From an uncultured Rikenellaceae bacterium (GTDB lineage: Bacteria > Bacteroidota > Bacteroidia > Bacteroidales > Tenuifilaceae), in the NCBI GenBank assembly GCA_964481075.1, contig CAYZSD010000052.1, forward strand, positions 1 to 20,834: a stretch of DNA of 20,834 nt. Direction: 5' to 3'. Shown one piece after another: positions 8,881-17,570 of the stretch (the first letter of the stretch is position 1; each line of letters starts with the position of its first letter). The notes beneath the pieces were generated by a model, which was not told where the DNA came from, ran no database searches, and saw only the letters and a list, made by a program, of their open reading frames with translations. The position numbers were made by a program, and so were the translations under genes.

Positions 8881-9471
8881 ATGCGAAGCATCATTTATGT
8901 TAAGTTTCTGTTAATTTTTTTGCTTCTCATAATTACTTCTTGTAAGAAGCACAAGTATTGCCCCCCATTTAGCCCTGCTAGCCTTATTGATTTTGCCTAT
9001 CAGCAACCAGAAACTATAACTTTCAAAAGTACCGAAGGAAACATTTTCAAGATTTTCATTGAAAAGATAGAACAATCGGAAAGCTATTCCTACACCTGTA
9101 GAGATTTATACAGGGTTTGCCCATGCCTAAATAGCGTTAAAGCCATTGCTACTGATACCCATATTGCTACTTCGTATATCTTTCTGGAAATGGAGCAATC
9201 GGACGTTTCTAATATGCAATATCATAAGTATAACGTTAAGGGATTTCGCTTTGAGTTCGATTATAGGAATGAATTACCCCATATCGACGAAATGCCCTTT
9301 CTTCAATTTATTGGTAATCTTACAATTGACAACGTTACATATTCAGACGTGATACGTATTAATAACACATCATCAACATCTGGTATTTCCCAAGTTTTCT
9401 TTTCTAAGAAGGAAGGTGTACTCCAATTTGTTGAAAAAGGGACTAACCTAACTTGGTCGATTGAAAAATGA
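8881..9471 (+). CDS. small lipoprotein of unknown function
   Basis: 196 aa with N-terminal hydrophobic stretch and lipobox-like 'LLLIITSC' followed by KKHKYC; 24 bp downstream of the LacI-family gene. No family recognised. Confidence 0.7.
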   Translation: MRSIIYVKFLLIFLLLIITSCKKHKYCPPFSPASLIDFAYQQPETITFKSTEGNIFKIFIEKIEQSESYSYTCRDLYRVCPCLNSVKAIATDTHIATSYIFLEMEQSDVSNMQYHKYNVKGFRFEFDYRNELPHIDEMPFLQFIGNLTIDNVTYSDVIRINNTSSTSGISQVFFSKKEGVLQFVEKGTNLTWSIEK

Positions 9472-9563
9472 ATAAAGAATTATTTTTCATCATTCAGTAA
9501 TCGTTTGAATTAGTATTTCCAGCATTTAAGGCAGCTTTACCTTCGCTTTTTTGTAGTGAATAA

Positions 9564-9595
9564 GTTGTATTTATTTAGTTTTCACCCTATATTTG
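9564..9595 (+). promoter_or_regulatory. candidate Bacteroidetes promoter upstream of the transporter gene
   Basis: GTTG (9564-9567), 20-nt spacer, TATATTTG (9588-9595, matches TAnnTTTG); same architecture as the candidate at 7767-7798. Confidence 0.45.
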
Positions 9596-9681
9596 TCGAG
9601 CTACTTCTTACCCCAAACAAGCTGTCCCTACTCTGGGATTAGATTTTCTGTTGAAAAATTTTAAACTCAAATATTACAGCT

Positions 9682-11214
9682 ATGACAAAGCGTCCCCGTT
9701 TATCATTTTGGCAGATATGGAACATGAGCTTCGGGTTCCTGGGTATCCAGTTCGGATTTGCCCTTCAGAATGCCAACGTTAGCCGAATTTTCGAAACCCT
9801 TGGAGCCGACATCGATGCCATTCCCATCCTTTGGATTGCTGCTCCAGTTACAGGGCTTATCATTCAACCTATTATTGGGCACATGAGCGATAACACCTGG
9901 GGTAGGTTGGGCCGTAGGCGTCCTTTCTTCCTAATAGGTGCAATTCTTGCTTCTCTGGCTCTTGTGGTTATGCCTAATTCACCCATCCTCTGGGTGGCCG
10001 CTGGAATGCTTTGGATACTAGATGCTTCAATCAACGTGTCGATGGAGCCATTTAGGGCTTTTGTGGGCGACATGCTTCCAAGCGAACAGCGAACAAAGGG
10101 ATTTGCCATGCAGAGTTTCTTTATCGGGACAGGTGCTGTGGTGGCTTCTGCTTTACCCTATATCATGACAGAATGGATAGGTATTGCTAATACAGCTCCC
10201 GAAGGGGAAATCCCCCCATCGGTAAAGTGGTCGTTCTATTTTGGAGCAATCGTATTCTTTGTCGCTGTGCTTTGGACGGTTATCCGTTCAAAAGAATACT
10301 CACCTGAGGAGCTAAAAGCCTTCGAAGAGGCTGAACAGGCAGAAGTGAAGCAGAAAACAGGTGAAGAGTCAATTATTAAGCACGTTAAGTACTCAGCCGA
10401 CTACTTCCTAAAGCATAGCATCATTTGGTTGGTGCTAGGCGTTCTTCTAACACTCTTTATTTGGTACTTTAAATTTGATGCCGAGCTGTATATTCTTTCA
10501 GGAGGTGTTTTTGTTTTTGGTTTTATTCAGGTTATGTCTGGGTTATTAATCAAAAAAGGTAAAAGTGATACTGGTTGGTTAGAGGTTGTCAATGATCTTT
10601 TCAATATGCCAAAGACAATGGCTCAACTCGCTGTAGTTCAATTTTTTAGTTGGTTTGCCCTCTTTAGCATGTGGATATACACAACAGCAGCCGTTACCAA
10701 ACATGTTTATGGTACGTCCGATCCTACCTCTGAGCTCTTTAATCAAGGGGCTAATTGGGTGGGGATATGCTTTGCTACATATAATGGTTTTGCTGCGTTA
10801 GTTGCTTTCCTTTTACCAGTTATGGCAAAATACACGAGTAGAAAGATTACACATGCCATTTCGTTAGTTGCTGGTGGGATTGGACTTATCTCTATCTACT
10901 TTGTTAGTAACCCCAACATGCTCCTAGTATCAATGGTTGGTGTAGGACTAGCTTGGGCGAGCATACTGTCAATGCCCTATGCAATTCTTGCCGGTGCCCT
11001 TCCTTCAAATAAAATGGGTACCTATATGGGAATATTCAATTTCTTTATCGTAATTCCACAAATCTTGGCCGCAAGCCTTTTAGGTTTCTTTACTCGCTCT
11101 TTGTTTGGCGGAGAGGCCATTTACTCTTTAATTCTTGGTGGTGCTTCAATGGTTGTGGCCGCAATCATGGTATCATTTGTAACAGATAGGGATGATATTG
11201 CAACGAAAGTTTAA
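9682..11214 (+). CDS. MFS / GPH-SLC45-like sugar transporter (probable maltose/maltodextrin importer)
   Basis: 510 aa, about 12 hydrophobic segments; 'MSFGFLGIQFGFALQNANVSRIFETLGAD', 'GHMSDNTWGRLGRRRPFFLIGA'; adjacent to GH65. Substrate inferred from context. Confidence 0.85.
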   Translation: MTKRPRLSFWQIWNMSFGFLGIQFGFALQNANVSRIFETLGADIDAIPILWIAAPVTGLIIQPIIGHMSDNTWGRLGRRRPFFLIGAILASLALVVMPNSPILWVAAGMLWILDASINVSMEPFRAFVGDMLPSEQRTKGFAMQSFFIGTGAVVASALPYIMTEWIGIANTAPEGEIPPSVKWSFYFGAIVFFVAVLWTVIRSKEYSPEELKAFEEAEQAEVKQKTGEESIIKHVKYSADYFLKHSIIWLVLGVLLTLFIWYFKFDAELYILSGGVFVFGFIQVMSGLLIKKGKSDTGWLEVVNDLFNMPKTMAQLAVVQFFSWFALFSMWIYTTAAVTKHVYGTSDPTSELFNQGANWVGICFATYNGFAALVAFLLPVMAKYTSRKITHAISLVAGGIGLISIYFVSNPNMLLVSMVGVGLAWASILSMPYAILAGALPSNKMGTYMGIFNFFIVIPQILAASLLGFFTRSLFGGEAIYSLILGGASMVVAAIMVSFVTDRDDIATKV

Positions 11215-11284
11215 AATAAATGCCAGCGCAGCGTCTTTCAAAAAATATCAATGAAGTAGAAAACAAATAATAAAGTTTTTTATA

Positions 11285-13600
11285 ATGAATCAATATCTAA
11301 AACACGATGAGTGGTGTATTGTCGAAGAAGGTTTTATTCCAGAGAACACTCGTGCATCGGAAAGTATTTTCAGTATTGGAAATGGAGCAATGGGCCAAAG
11401 GGCCATTTTCGAGGAGAAGTTTAGCGGGTCATCCCTTCAAGGTAGCTATGTTGCAGGGGTTTACTATCCCGATAAGACCCGTGTAGGTTGGTGGAAGAAC
11501 GGGTATCCCGAGTATTTTGCTAAGGTAATCAATTCTACCAACTGGATTGGAATTGATATTGACATAAATGGTGAGCCGCTTGATCTTGCTAATTGTTCGG
11601 TTGACGAGTTTCGAAGGGTTCTCAATATGAAGGAGGGGTACCTGGAGCGTTCATTCATTTGCGAAAACTCTCAGGGAATCAAGTTGGCTGTGCAGGCCAA
11701 ACGCTTCATCAGCATGGCAAACCCCGAAATAGGTGCAATTCGGTATAGGATCAAACTTCTTAATGCTCAAGCCGAGGTTAAGTTTACTCCATACCTCGAT
11801 GGCGATGTTCACAACGAGGATTCTAACTATGGCGAGAAGTTCTGGGAAGAGGTGAGCCGAAAGGTTGACACAAAGCAAGGTCTTATAGTCACCAGAACAC
11901 GAAAGCTCGATTTCCATGTGGGTCATGCCATGAGGTTTTCAACCTACCTAAATGGGGAACGAATTAATCCACAAATCGAAGTAATAGATAACCCCCTGTA
12001 TGTTGGATGCTCATTTTCGGCTAGCTTAGTAAGTGGAGATGAGTTTGAATTTTACAAGTATGCAGCAGTTATTTCAAGCCTTAACCATGAGAAGGGTACT
12101 TTTCCCCGTGTACTAACTCAGCTACTCGATTTAGCTACATCGAAGGGGTTCACACAGCTTTTAAATGAACACATCGAGGCATGGAGTGATATATGGCAGC
12201 ATAGCGATATATCCATTGAGGGGGACATGGCGGCCCAGCAGGCAATACGCTTTAACATTTTCCAGCTAAGCCAAACCTATACAGGTAAAGATGAACGATT
12301 GAATATTGGGCCTAAAGGATTTACCGGTGAAAAATATGGTGGATCAACATACTGGGATACAGAGGCATACTGCCTGCCCTTCTATATGATTACCCATGGG
12401 CAGAAGGTTGCTCGTCAGCTTCTGCTTTACAGGTACAAGCAGCTTGGAAAAGCCATTGAAAACGCCCAAAAGCTTGGCTTTTCCGATGGGGCTGCACTCT
12501 TTCCAATGGTAACCATGAATGGAGAGGAGTGCCATAATGAATGGGAGATAACATTCGAGGAGATTCATCGTAACGGGGCAATAGCCTTTGCCGTTTACAA
12601 CTATGTACGCTACACAGGCGATAAGAATTATCTTGCAAATTTTGGTCTTGAGCTACTTATTGCCATTGCACGCTTCTGGGCTCAAAGGGTTAACTTCTCT
12701 CACGAGAAGGGAAAATACGTTATGTTAGGTGTAACAGGTCCAAACGAGTATGAGAATAATGTGAACAACAATTGGTACACCAATTACATCGCTTGTTGGT
12801 GCATGGGTTATGCCGCTGAGGTTATTGACTACGTCAAGAAGACAGATACTGAGAAGTATAATGCTCTTGTGAGCAAGATATCGTTCAACGAATCATTGGA
12901 ACTTGCAAAATGGATTGAGATTAGAGAGAAAATGTACTTCCCTTACGATGAGAAGCATAAGGTTATTCTTCAGCAGGAAGGCTATATGGATAAGGAGCAA
13001 ATTCTGGTTAAGGATTTGGATAAGAAGCATCGCCCATTGAATCAGAAATGGAGCTGGGATCGTATTCTCCGTTCATGTTTCATCAAACAGGCCGATGTTC
13101 TCCAAGGTATCTACTTCTTCGAGGATAGATTTGACCTAGAAACCATTAGGAGAAACTACGAGTTCTACGAAGCACGAACAGTCCACGAATCATCGCTTTC
13201 ACCATGCGTACATTCGGTATTGGCTGCAAAAATTGGAAACATCGATAATGCTTATGAACTTTACCTTCGGACTTCTCGTTTAGACCTTGACGATTACAAC
13301 CACGAGGTAAGGGAAGGCTTACATATTACCAGCATGGCTGGTACATGGATTTCAATTGTAGAAGGTTTTGGCGGAATGAGGATAGCTGATGATAAGCTCT
13401 CTTTCAACCCTCTCATCCCTGAGCAATGGAAATCGTATAGCTTTAAGGTTTGGTTTAGGGAGAATTTGCTTAATATTAAGGTTACTCCCGAAGCCGTTGC
13501 TATTGTTAACGAAGAAGGACCTAGAATTTCATTGTTTATTTTTGGAAAAGAGAGTGTAGCACCCGCAAGTAGTACTATTACTATAAGTAGAGTAGGTTAG
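11285..13600 (+). CDS. glycoside hydrolase family 65, probable maltose phosphorylase
   Basis: 771 aa; 'GEKYGGSTYWDTEAYCLPFYM', 'GEECHNEWEITFEEIHRNGAIAFAVYNYVRYTGD', 'LGVTGPNEYENNVNNNWYTNYIACWC'. The HNEWEITFE loop resembles maltose phosphorylases. Confidence 0.92.
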   Translation: MNQYLKHDEWCIVEEGFIPENTRASESIFSIGNGAMGQRAIFEEKFSGSSLQGSYVAGVYYPDKTRVGWWKNGYPEYFAKVINSTNWIGIDIDINGEPLDLANCSVDEFRRVLNMKEGYLERSFICENSQGIKLAVQAKRFISMANPEIGAIRYRIKLLNAQAEVKFTPYLDGDVHNEDSNYGEKFWEEVSRKVDTKQGLIVTRTRKLDFHVGHAMRFSTYLNGERINPQIEVIDNPLYVGCSFSASLVSGDEFEFYKYAAVISSLNHEKGTFPRVLTQLLDLATSKGFTQLLNEHIEAWSDIWQHSDISIEGDMAAQQAIRFNIFQLSQTYTGKDERLNIGPKGFTGEKYGGSTYWDTEAYCLPFYMITHGQKVARQLLLYRYKQLGKAIENAQKLGFSDGAALFPMVTMNGEECHNEWEITFEEIHRNGAIAFAVYNYVRYTGDKNYLANFGLELLIAIARFWAQRVNFSHEKGKYVMLGVTGPNEYENNVNNNWYTNYIACWCMGYAAEVIDYVKKTDTEKYNALVSKISFNESLELAKWIEIREKMYFPYDEKHKVILQQEGYMDKEQILVKDLDKKHRPLNQKWSWDRILRSCFIKQADVLQGIYFFEDRFDLETIRRNYEFYEARTVHESSLSPCVHSVLAAKIGNIDNAYELYLRTSRLDLDDYNHEVREGLHITSMAGTWISIVEGFGGMRIADDKLSFNPLIPEQWKSYSFKVWFRENLLNIKVTPEAVAIVNEEGPRISLFIFGKESVAPASSTITISRVG

Positions 13601-13653
13601 CTATTTGCTATCGAAAATTGTTCAACAACAAGTTTTTTTTGTGAGGTATTTGT

Positions 13654-13661
13654 TATCTTTG
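13654..13661 (+). promoter_or_regulatory. candidate -7 element (TATCTTTG) upstream of the aldolase gene
   Basis: Matches TAnnTTTG, 26 nt before the ATG; no good -33 TTTG at canonical spacing. Confidence 0.3.
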
Positions 13662-13687
13662 AAAAAACTAAAAAAATAAGTAACGAT

Positions 13688-14752
13688 ATGAAACGATTTC
13701 CCGCAGGTGTTCTCACAGGAGAACAAGTACAAAAGGTTTTTGAAACCGCAAAGGCCGAGGGTTGGGCTATACCAGCCGTGAACGTAACTGGGACAAATAC
13801 AATAAATTCTGTTCTTGAAACAGCCCGTGAAATGGGATCACCAGTAATTATTCAATTCTCGAATGGCGGTGCCTCCTACTTTGCTGGTAAGGGCCTATCG
13901 AACGATAGTCAGCAATCTGCTATTCTTGGTGCAATTTCTGGAGCAAAGCATGTGCATCTTATCGCCGAAGCGTATGGTGTACCTGTTATCATGCACACCG
14001 ACCATGCGGCAAAGAAGCTCCTTCCCTGGATAGATGGGCTGCTCGATGCTGGCGAAAAGCATTTTGCCGTGACCGGCAAACCTTTGTACAGTTCCCACAT
14101 GCTCGACCTCTCTGAGGAGAGTCTGGAGGAGAACATCGAGATTTCAGCCAAGTACCTTGAGCGGATGGCAAAGATTGGCATGACCCTCGAAATTGAACTC
14201 GGAGTAACCGGTGGCGAGGAGGATGGCGTTGACAACTCAGGTGTTGACAGTTCAAAGCTATACACCCAGCCCCAAGATGTTGCATACGCTTATGAGCATT
14301 TGATGAAGATTAGCCCCAATTTCACAGTCGCTGCATCGTTTGGGAATGTTCATGGAGTTTACAAGCCTGGTAATGTTGTGCTAAGCCCTGAAATCCTAAG
14401 GGATTCACAGGATTACATCCAGAAGAAGTTTGGAACTGCTCCTAAACCAGTCAATTTCGTTTTCCATGGTGGCAGCGGATCCGAGAAGGAAAAGATTGAT
14501 GAGGCTGTAAACTACGGCGTAATCAAGATGAACCTTGATACCGACCTCCAATGGGCTTTCTGGGATGGCATTAGAAGCTATTACCATGATAAGCAGGGAT
14601 TTCTTCAGGGGCAAATTGGTAACCCCGAGGGCGAAGATAAACCCAATAAGAAGTACTACGATCCCCGTGTATGGCTTCGCAAGGGTGAAGAAAGTATTAT
14701 CAAAAGATTGAAGATATCGTTTGAGGATTTGAATTGTGTGGGCAGAGGGTAA
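13688..14752 (+). CDS. fbaA: class II fructose-bisphosphate aldolase
   Basis: 354 aa; 'GWAIPAVNVTGTNTINSVLETA', zinc-site 'VPVIMHTDHAAKKLLPWIDG', 'LEIELGVTGGEEDGVDNS', 'NFVFHGGSGSEKEKIDEAVNYGVIKMNLDTDLQ'. Confidence 0.95.
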   Translation: MKRFPAGVLTGEQVQKVFETAKAEGWAIPAVNVTGTNTINSVLETAREMGSPVIIQFSNGGASYFAGKGLSNDSQQSAILGAISGAKHVHLIAEAYGVPVIMHTDHAAKKLLPWIDGLLDAGEKHFAVTGKPLYSSHMLDLSEESLEENIEISAKYLERMAKIGMTLEIELGVTGGEEDGVDNSGVDSSKLYTQPQDVAYAYEHLMKISPNFTVAASFGNVHGVYKPGNVVLSPEILRDSQDYIQKKFGTAPKPVNFVFHGGSGSEKEKIDEAVNYGVIKMNLDTDLQWAFWDGIRSYYHDKQGFLQGQIGNPEGEDKPNKKYYDPRVWLRKGEESIIKRLKISFEDLNCVGRG

Positions 14753-14843
14753 AGATGACCGATTTTTCGCTAATTCACCCTCAAGTATATTTAGCTCTTT
14801 TTGCTAAGATTTTTTATTGAATTGTTTTGCAGTTTTCATCAAA

Positions 14844-14883
14844 ATTACGAATTAAGTACCTATATTTGTACTTAATTCGTAAT
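14844..14883. promoter_or_regulatory. 40-bp perfect inverted repeat (16-bp arms, 8-bp centre) containing a -7-like box; candidate autoregulatory operator of the TA pair
   Basis: ATTACGAATTAAGTAC (14844-14859) ctatattt GTACTTAATTCGTAAT (14868-14883); TATATTTG at 14861-14868; 14 bp upstream of the antitoxin ATG. Confidence 0.75.
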
Positions 14884-14897
14884 AAAATTCTGTATAT

Positions 14898-15149
14898 ATG
14901 CTTGCTGCAAATTACTCTGAATTACGCTTGGGTTTGAGGAAATATCTTGATGCTGTTGAAAACAACAATGAAACTCTTATTATTAAAAGAAGTAAGGGTA
15001 AAGGTGCTGTTATTATTTCATTGGACGAGTATAATTCAATTATGGAAACAATACATTTGCTTAAATCGAAGAAGAATGCAGCATGGCTGTCCCAGTCGAT
15101 TGAACAAATGAAGAAAGGAGATATCGTTTCCAACGAGCAAGAAGAATAG
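14898..15149 (+). CDS. yefM: type II antitoxin, Phd/YefM family
   Basis: 83 aa: 'NYSELRLGLRKYLDAVENNNETLIIKRSKGKGAVIISLDEYNSIMETIHLLKSKKN', classic YefM pattern; directly followed by the YoeB-like toxin. Confidence 0.9.
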   Translation: MLAANYSELRLGLRKYLDAVENNNETLIIKRSKGKGAVIISLDEYNSIMETIHLLKSKKNAAWLSQSIEQMKKGDIVSNEQEE

Positions 15150-15150
15150 C

Positions 15151-15411
15151 ATGAGGATAGTTTTCTCAAAGAATGCGTGGCTGGACTACACATCTTGGCA
15201 GGAAGAGGACAAGCGTATTGTTAGAAAGATAAATGATTTGATTAAGGATATCTCAAGGCATCCTTATGAGGGTTTAGGGAAGCCTGAACCCCTAAAATTT
15301 GATTTGTCTGGGCTTTGGTCAAGACGAATTACAACTGAGCATCGAATAGTATATAAGATTCAGGAAGATGATATACTAATCTTTACCTGTAGGTATCATT
15401 ATGATAATTAA
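15151..15411 (+). CDS. yoeB: type II toxin, YoeB/Txe family mRNA interferase
   Basis: 86 aa: 'KINDLIKDISRHPYEGLGKPEPLKFDLSGLWSRRITTEHRIVYKI...FTCRYHYDN'; conserved E/R/H/Y positions and RYHY C-terminus typical of YoeB. Confidence 0.93.
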   Translation: MRIVFSKNAWLDYTSWQEEDKRIVRKINDLIKDISRHPYEGLGKPEPLKFDLSGLWSRRITTEHRIVYKIQEDDILIFTCRYHYDN

Positions 15412-15434
15412 ATCTTTAAAAAAAATCAAAACAA

Positions 15435-17285
15435 ATGAAAACAATTATCCTTTCTCTATTCTTTTCAACCATATTACTTATGACCAACTCATTAGCCCAA
15501 ACCCTTAACCGCATTGAGCCACCCAACTGGTGGGTTGGGATGAAGAATTCTAATCTGCAAATTCTTGTGCATGGGGAAGGTATTTCGAAGGCAAAACTTG
15601 ACATTGATTACCCAGGAGTAAAGTTAGTTAGCACCGATAGGGTTGATAATATCAACTATTTGTTTATTAATCTGATAATTGAGAAGGAAGCAGTTGCTGG
15701 AACTATCAAGATACACTTTCGATTTCAGGATGGAAAAAGCCTTAGCTATGATTACAAGCTGCTTGAACGGAGAGAGGGATCGTCACAACGAATGGGTTTC
15801 ACCTCTTCCGATGTGGTTTACCTCCTTTTCCCCGATCGCTTCGCCAACGGCGACCCAAGTAACGATAGCTACGAAGGGATGGAGGATAAGTTTGACAGGG
15901 ACGACCTGTACGCTCGTCACGGCGGTGATTTGCAGGGGGTAATTAATCATCTTGATTATATCAAGGAGCTGGGGATGACCGCAATATGGCTGAATCCCCT
16001 ACTGGAAAGCAAACAACCCTGGCAGTCGTACCACCACTATGCAATTACAGACTTTTACAACGTTGATAGGCGTTTTGGGAGTAATGACCTTTACAAGCAG
16101 ATGGTTAAGGAAGCGCAAGGAATGGGAATAAAGATAATCAAGGATATGATTTTTAACCATTGTGGGAATAAACACTGGTGGATTGATGATTTACCTTCGG
16201 CAGATTGGCTTAATCAATGGGAAGAATTCACCCGAACAAACTACCGTATCCCTGCTATTTTCGATCCACACGCATCGGAAGCCGATAAGAAGTTGATGAG
16301 CGATGGGTGGTTCGATACTCACATGCCCGATCTGAACCAAAGAAATCCCTTTCTTGCTAAATATTTCATACAGAATAGTATATGGTGGATAGAGTATGCA
16401 AACCTCGATGGCATTAGGATGGATACGCATCCCTATCCCGATAAGGATTTCATGGCGAAATGGACACGTGCCGTGATGGAAGAGTACCCAAACTTCAATA
16501 TCGTTGCCGAAACATGGATTAACTACCCTGCCTGGGTTGCCTACTGGCAAACGGGTTCGCTTAACCGCGATGGGTTCGACTCTGGCATACCAACCGTCAT
16601 GGATTTTCCCCTTTGTTATGCTATCAACAATGCCTTCGATGAGAAGGAGGGATGGGACACTGGTCTTCACCGTCTGTATGAGATTCTTGCCCATGACTTT
16701 CTTTATGCCGACCTAAATAACATCATGATTTTCCCCGATAATCACGACCTATCCCGTTTTATGAAGGATAAGGAGATGGCTATCGGTCGGTATAAGCTGG
16801 GAATTGCATTTTTGCTAACTACACGAGGGATTCCACAGTTATACTATGGTACAGAGATACTCATGGATGGTGATGATGCCCAAGGGCATGGCGTTCTTCG
16901 CAAGGAGTTCCCCGGCGGTTGGTCCGACCATAAACGTTCAGCTTTCACAGCCGAAGGCAGAACCAAGAAGGAGAATGAGGCATGGGACTATATGAGCAGG
17001 CTTCTCAACTGGCGCAAAACAGCCTCTGCTGTCCACAATGGCAGATTGATTCAGTTTTTACCTCAAAATGAGGTGTATGTCTATTTCCGTCAGAATGAGG
17101 CACAAACCATCATGGTAATCTTACATAATGGCTACCAACCAAAGGTTCTAAAACTTGATAGGTTCAACGAGATTTTGGGTAACTTCAAGAGTGGAACAGA
17201 TATCATAACTGGTAAGAAATTGGAAGGTATGGAGAAGGTTCAACTTTCGCCCCGCTCTGCTATGGTGATTGAGCTGGAGAGGTAA
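15435..17285 (+). CDS. susA: GH13 alpha-amylase family, cyclomaltodextrinase/neopullulanase-like (SusA-like)
   Basis: 616 aa; signal peptide; N-terminal Ig-like domain 'PPNWWVGMKNSNLQILVHG'; 'VYLLFPDRFANGDPSNDS'; catalytic regions 'LDGIRMDTHPY', 'IVAETW', 'FPDNHD'. Confidence 0.92.
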   Translation: MKTIILSLFFSTILLMTNSLAQTLNRIEPPNWWVGMKNSNLQILVHGEGISKAKLDIDYPGVKLVSTDRVDNINYLFINLIIEKEAVAGTIKIHFRFQDGKSLSYDYKLLERREGSSQRMGFTSSDVVYLLFPDRFANGDPSNDSYEGMEDKFDRDDLYARHGGDLQGVINHLDYIKELGMTAIWLNPLLESKQPWQSYHHYAITDFYNVDRRFGSNDLYKQMVKEAQGMGIKIIKDMIFNHCGNKHWWIDDLPSADWLNQWEEFTRTNYRIPAIFDPHASEADKKLMSDGWFDTHMPDLNQRNPFLAKYFIQNSIWWIEYANLDGIRMDTHPYPDKDFMAKWTRAVMEEYPNFNIVAETWINYPAWVAYWQTGSLNRDGFDSGIPTVMDFPLCYAINNAFDEKEGWDTGLHRLYEILAHDFLYADLNNIMIFPDNHDLSRFMKDKEMAIGRYKLGIAFLLTTRGIPQLYYGTEILMDGDDAQGHGVLRKEFPGGWSDHKRSAFTAEGRTKKENEAWDYMSRLLNWRKTASAVHNGRLIQFLPQNEVYVYFRQNEAQTIMVILHNGYQPKVLKLDRFNEILGNFKSGTDIITGKKLEGMEKVQLSPRSAMVIELER

Positions 17286-17342
17286 GGTTATAGCAACCCT
17301 TTACGATTCCTTGTCTGGCAAATTACGGGCGAACAGCTTACC

Positions 17343-17498
17343 CCGCCTGTCCCGCCTGTCCCGATGTTTGTATCGGGGATGCTTTTTATCGGGGATGTCC
17401 TTTATCGGGGATGGAATGTTAAGGAATCCACCCCAAACTTGGAACCCGATTTCTCGGGAGCCCGATGTTTTTTATCGGACATTCCAACGTTTTGGAAG
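17343..17498. repeat. cluster of tandem 16-bp repeats and short hairpins in the GH13-GH13 intergenic region
   Basis: TATCGGGGATG in three units at 16-bp period (cores at 17373, 17389, 17405); hairpins CCCGAT/ATCGGG (17361-17378), CCCGA/TCGGG (17446-17459), CCGAT/ATCGG (17463-17479), TTCCAA/TTGGAA (17483-17498); two copies of CCCGCCTGT (17343-17360). Confidence 0.7.
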
Positions 17499-17570
17499 GG
17501 AATTTTATTTAAATTTACTGCAAGAAAAAGTTATACCAAAATGATTATAATACTATCAAACTAACCAACC

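Noticed and set aside
14898-15411. Novel defence system hypothesis for the genes between the aldolase and GH13
   Set aside because: Both proteins are recognisable YefM/Phd antitoxin and YoeB toxin; only the genomic context is unusual.
17343-17498. CRISPR array interpretation of the tandem repeats
   Set aside because: The period is only 16 bp with 11-bp identical cores, there are no 30-bp-class spacers and there are no cas genes.
17269-17564. Two overlapping short ORFs (91 and 66 aa) between the GH13 genes
   Set aside because: They are built from the tandem repeat and hairpin sequence (e.g. MFVSGMLFIGDVLYRG) and are better explained as non-coding repeat DNA.
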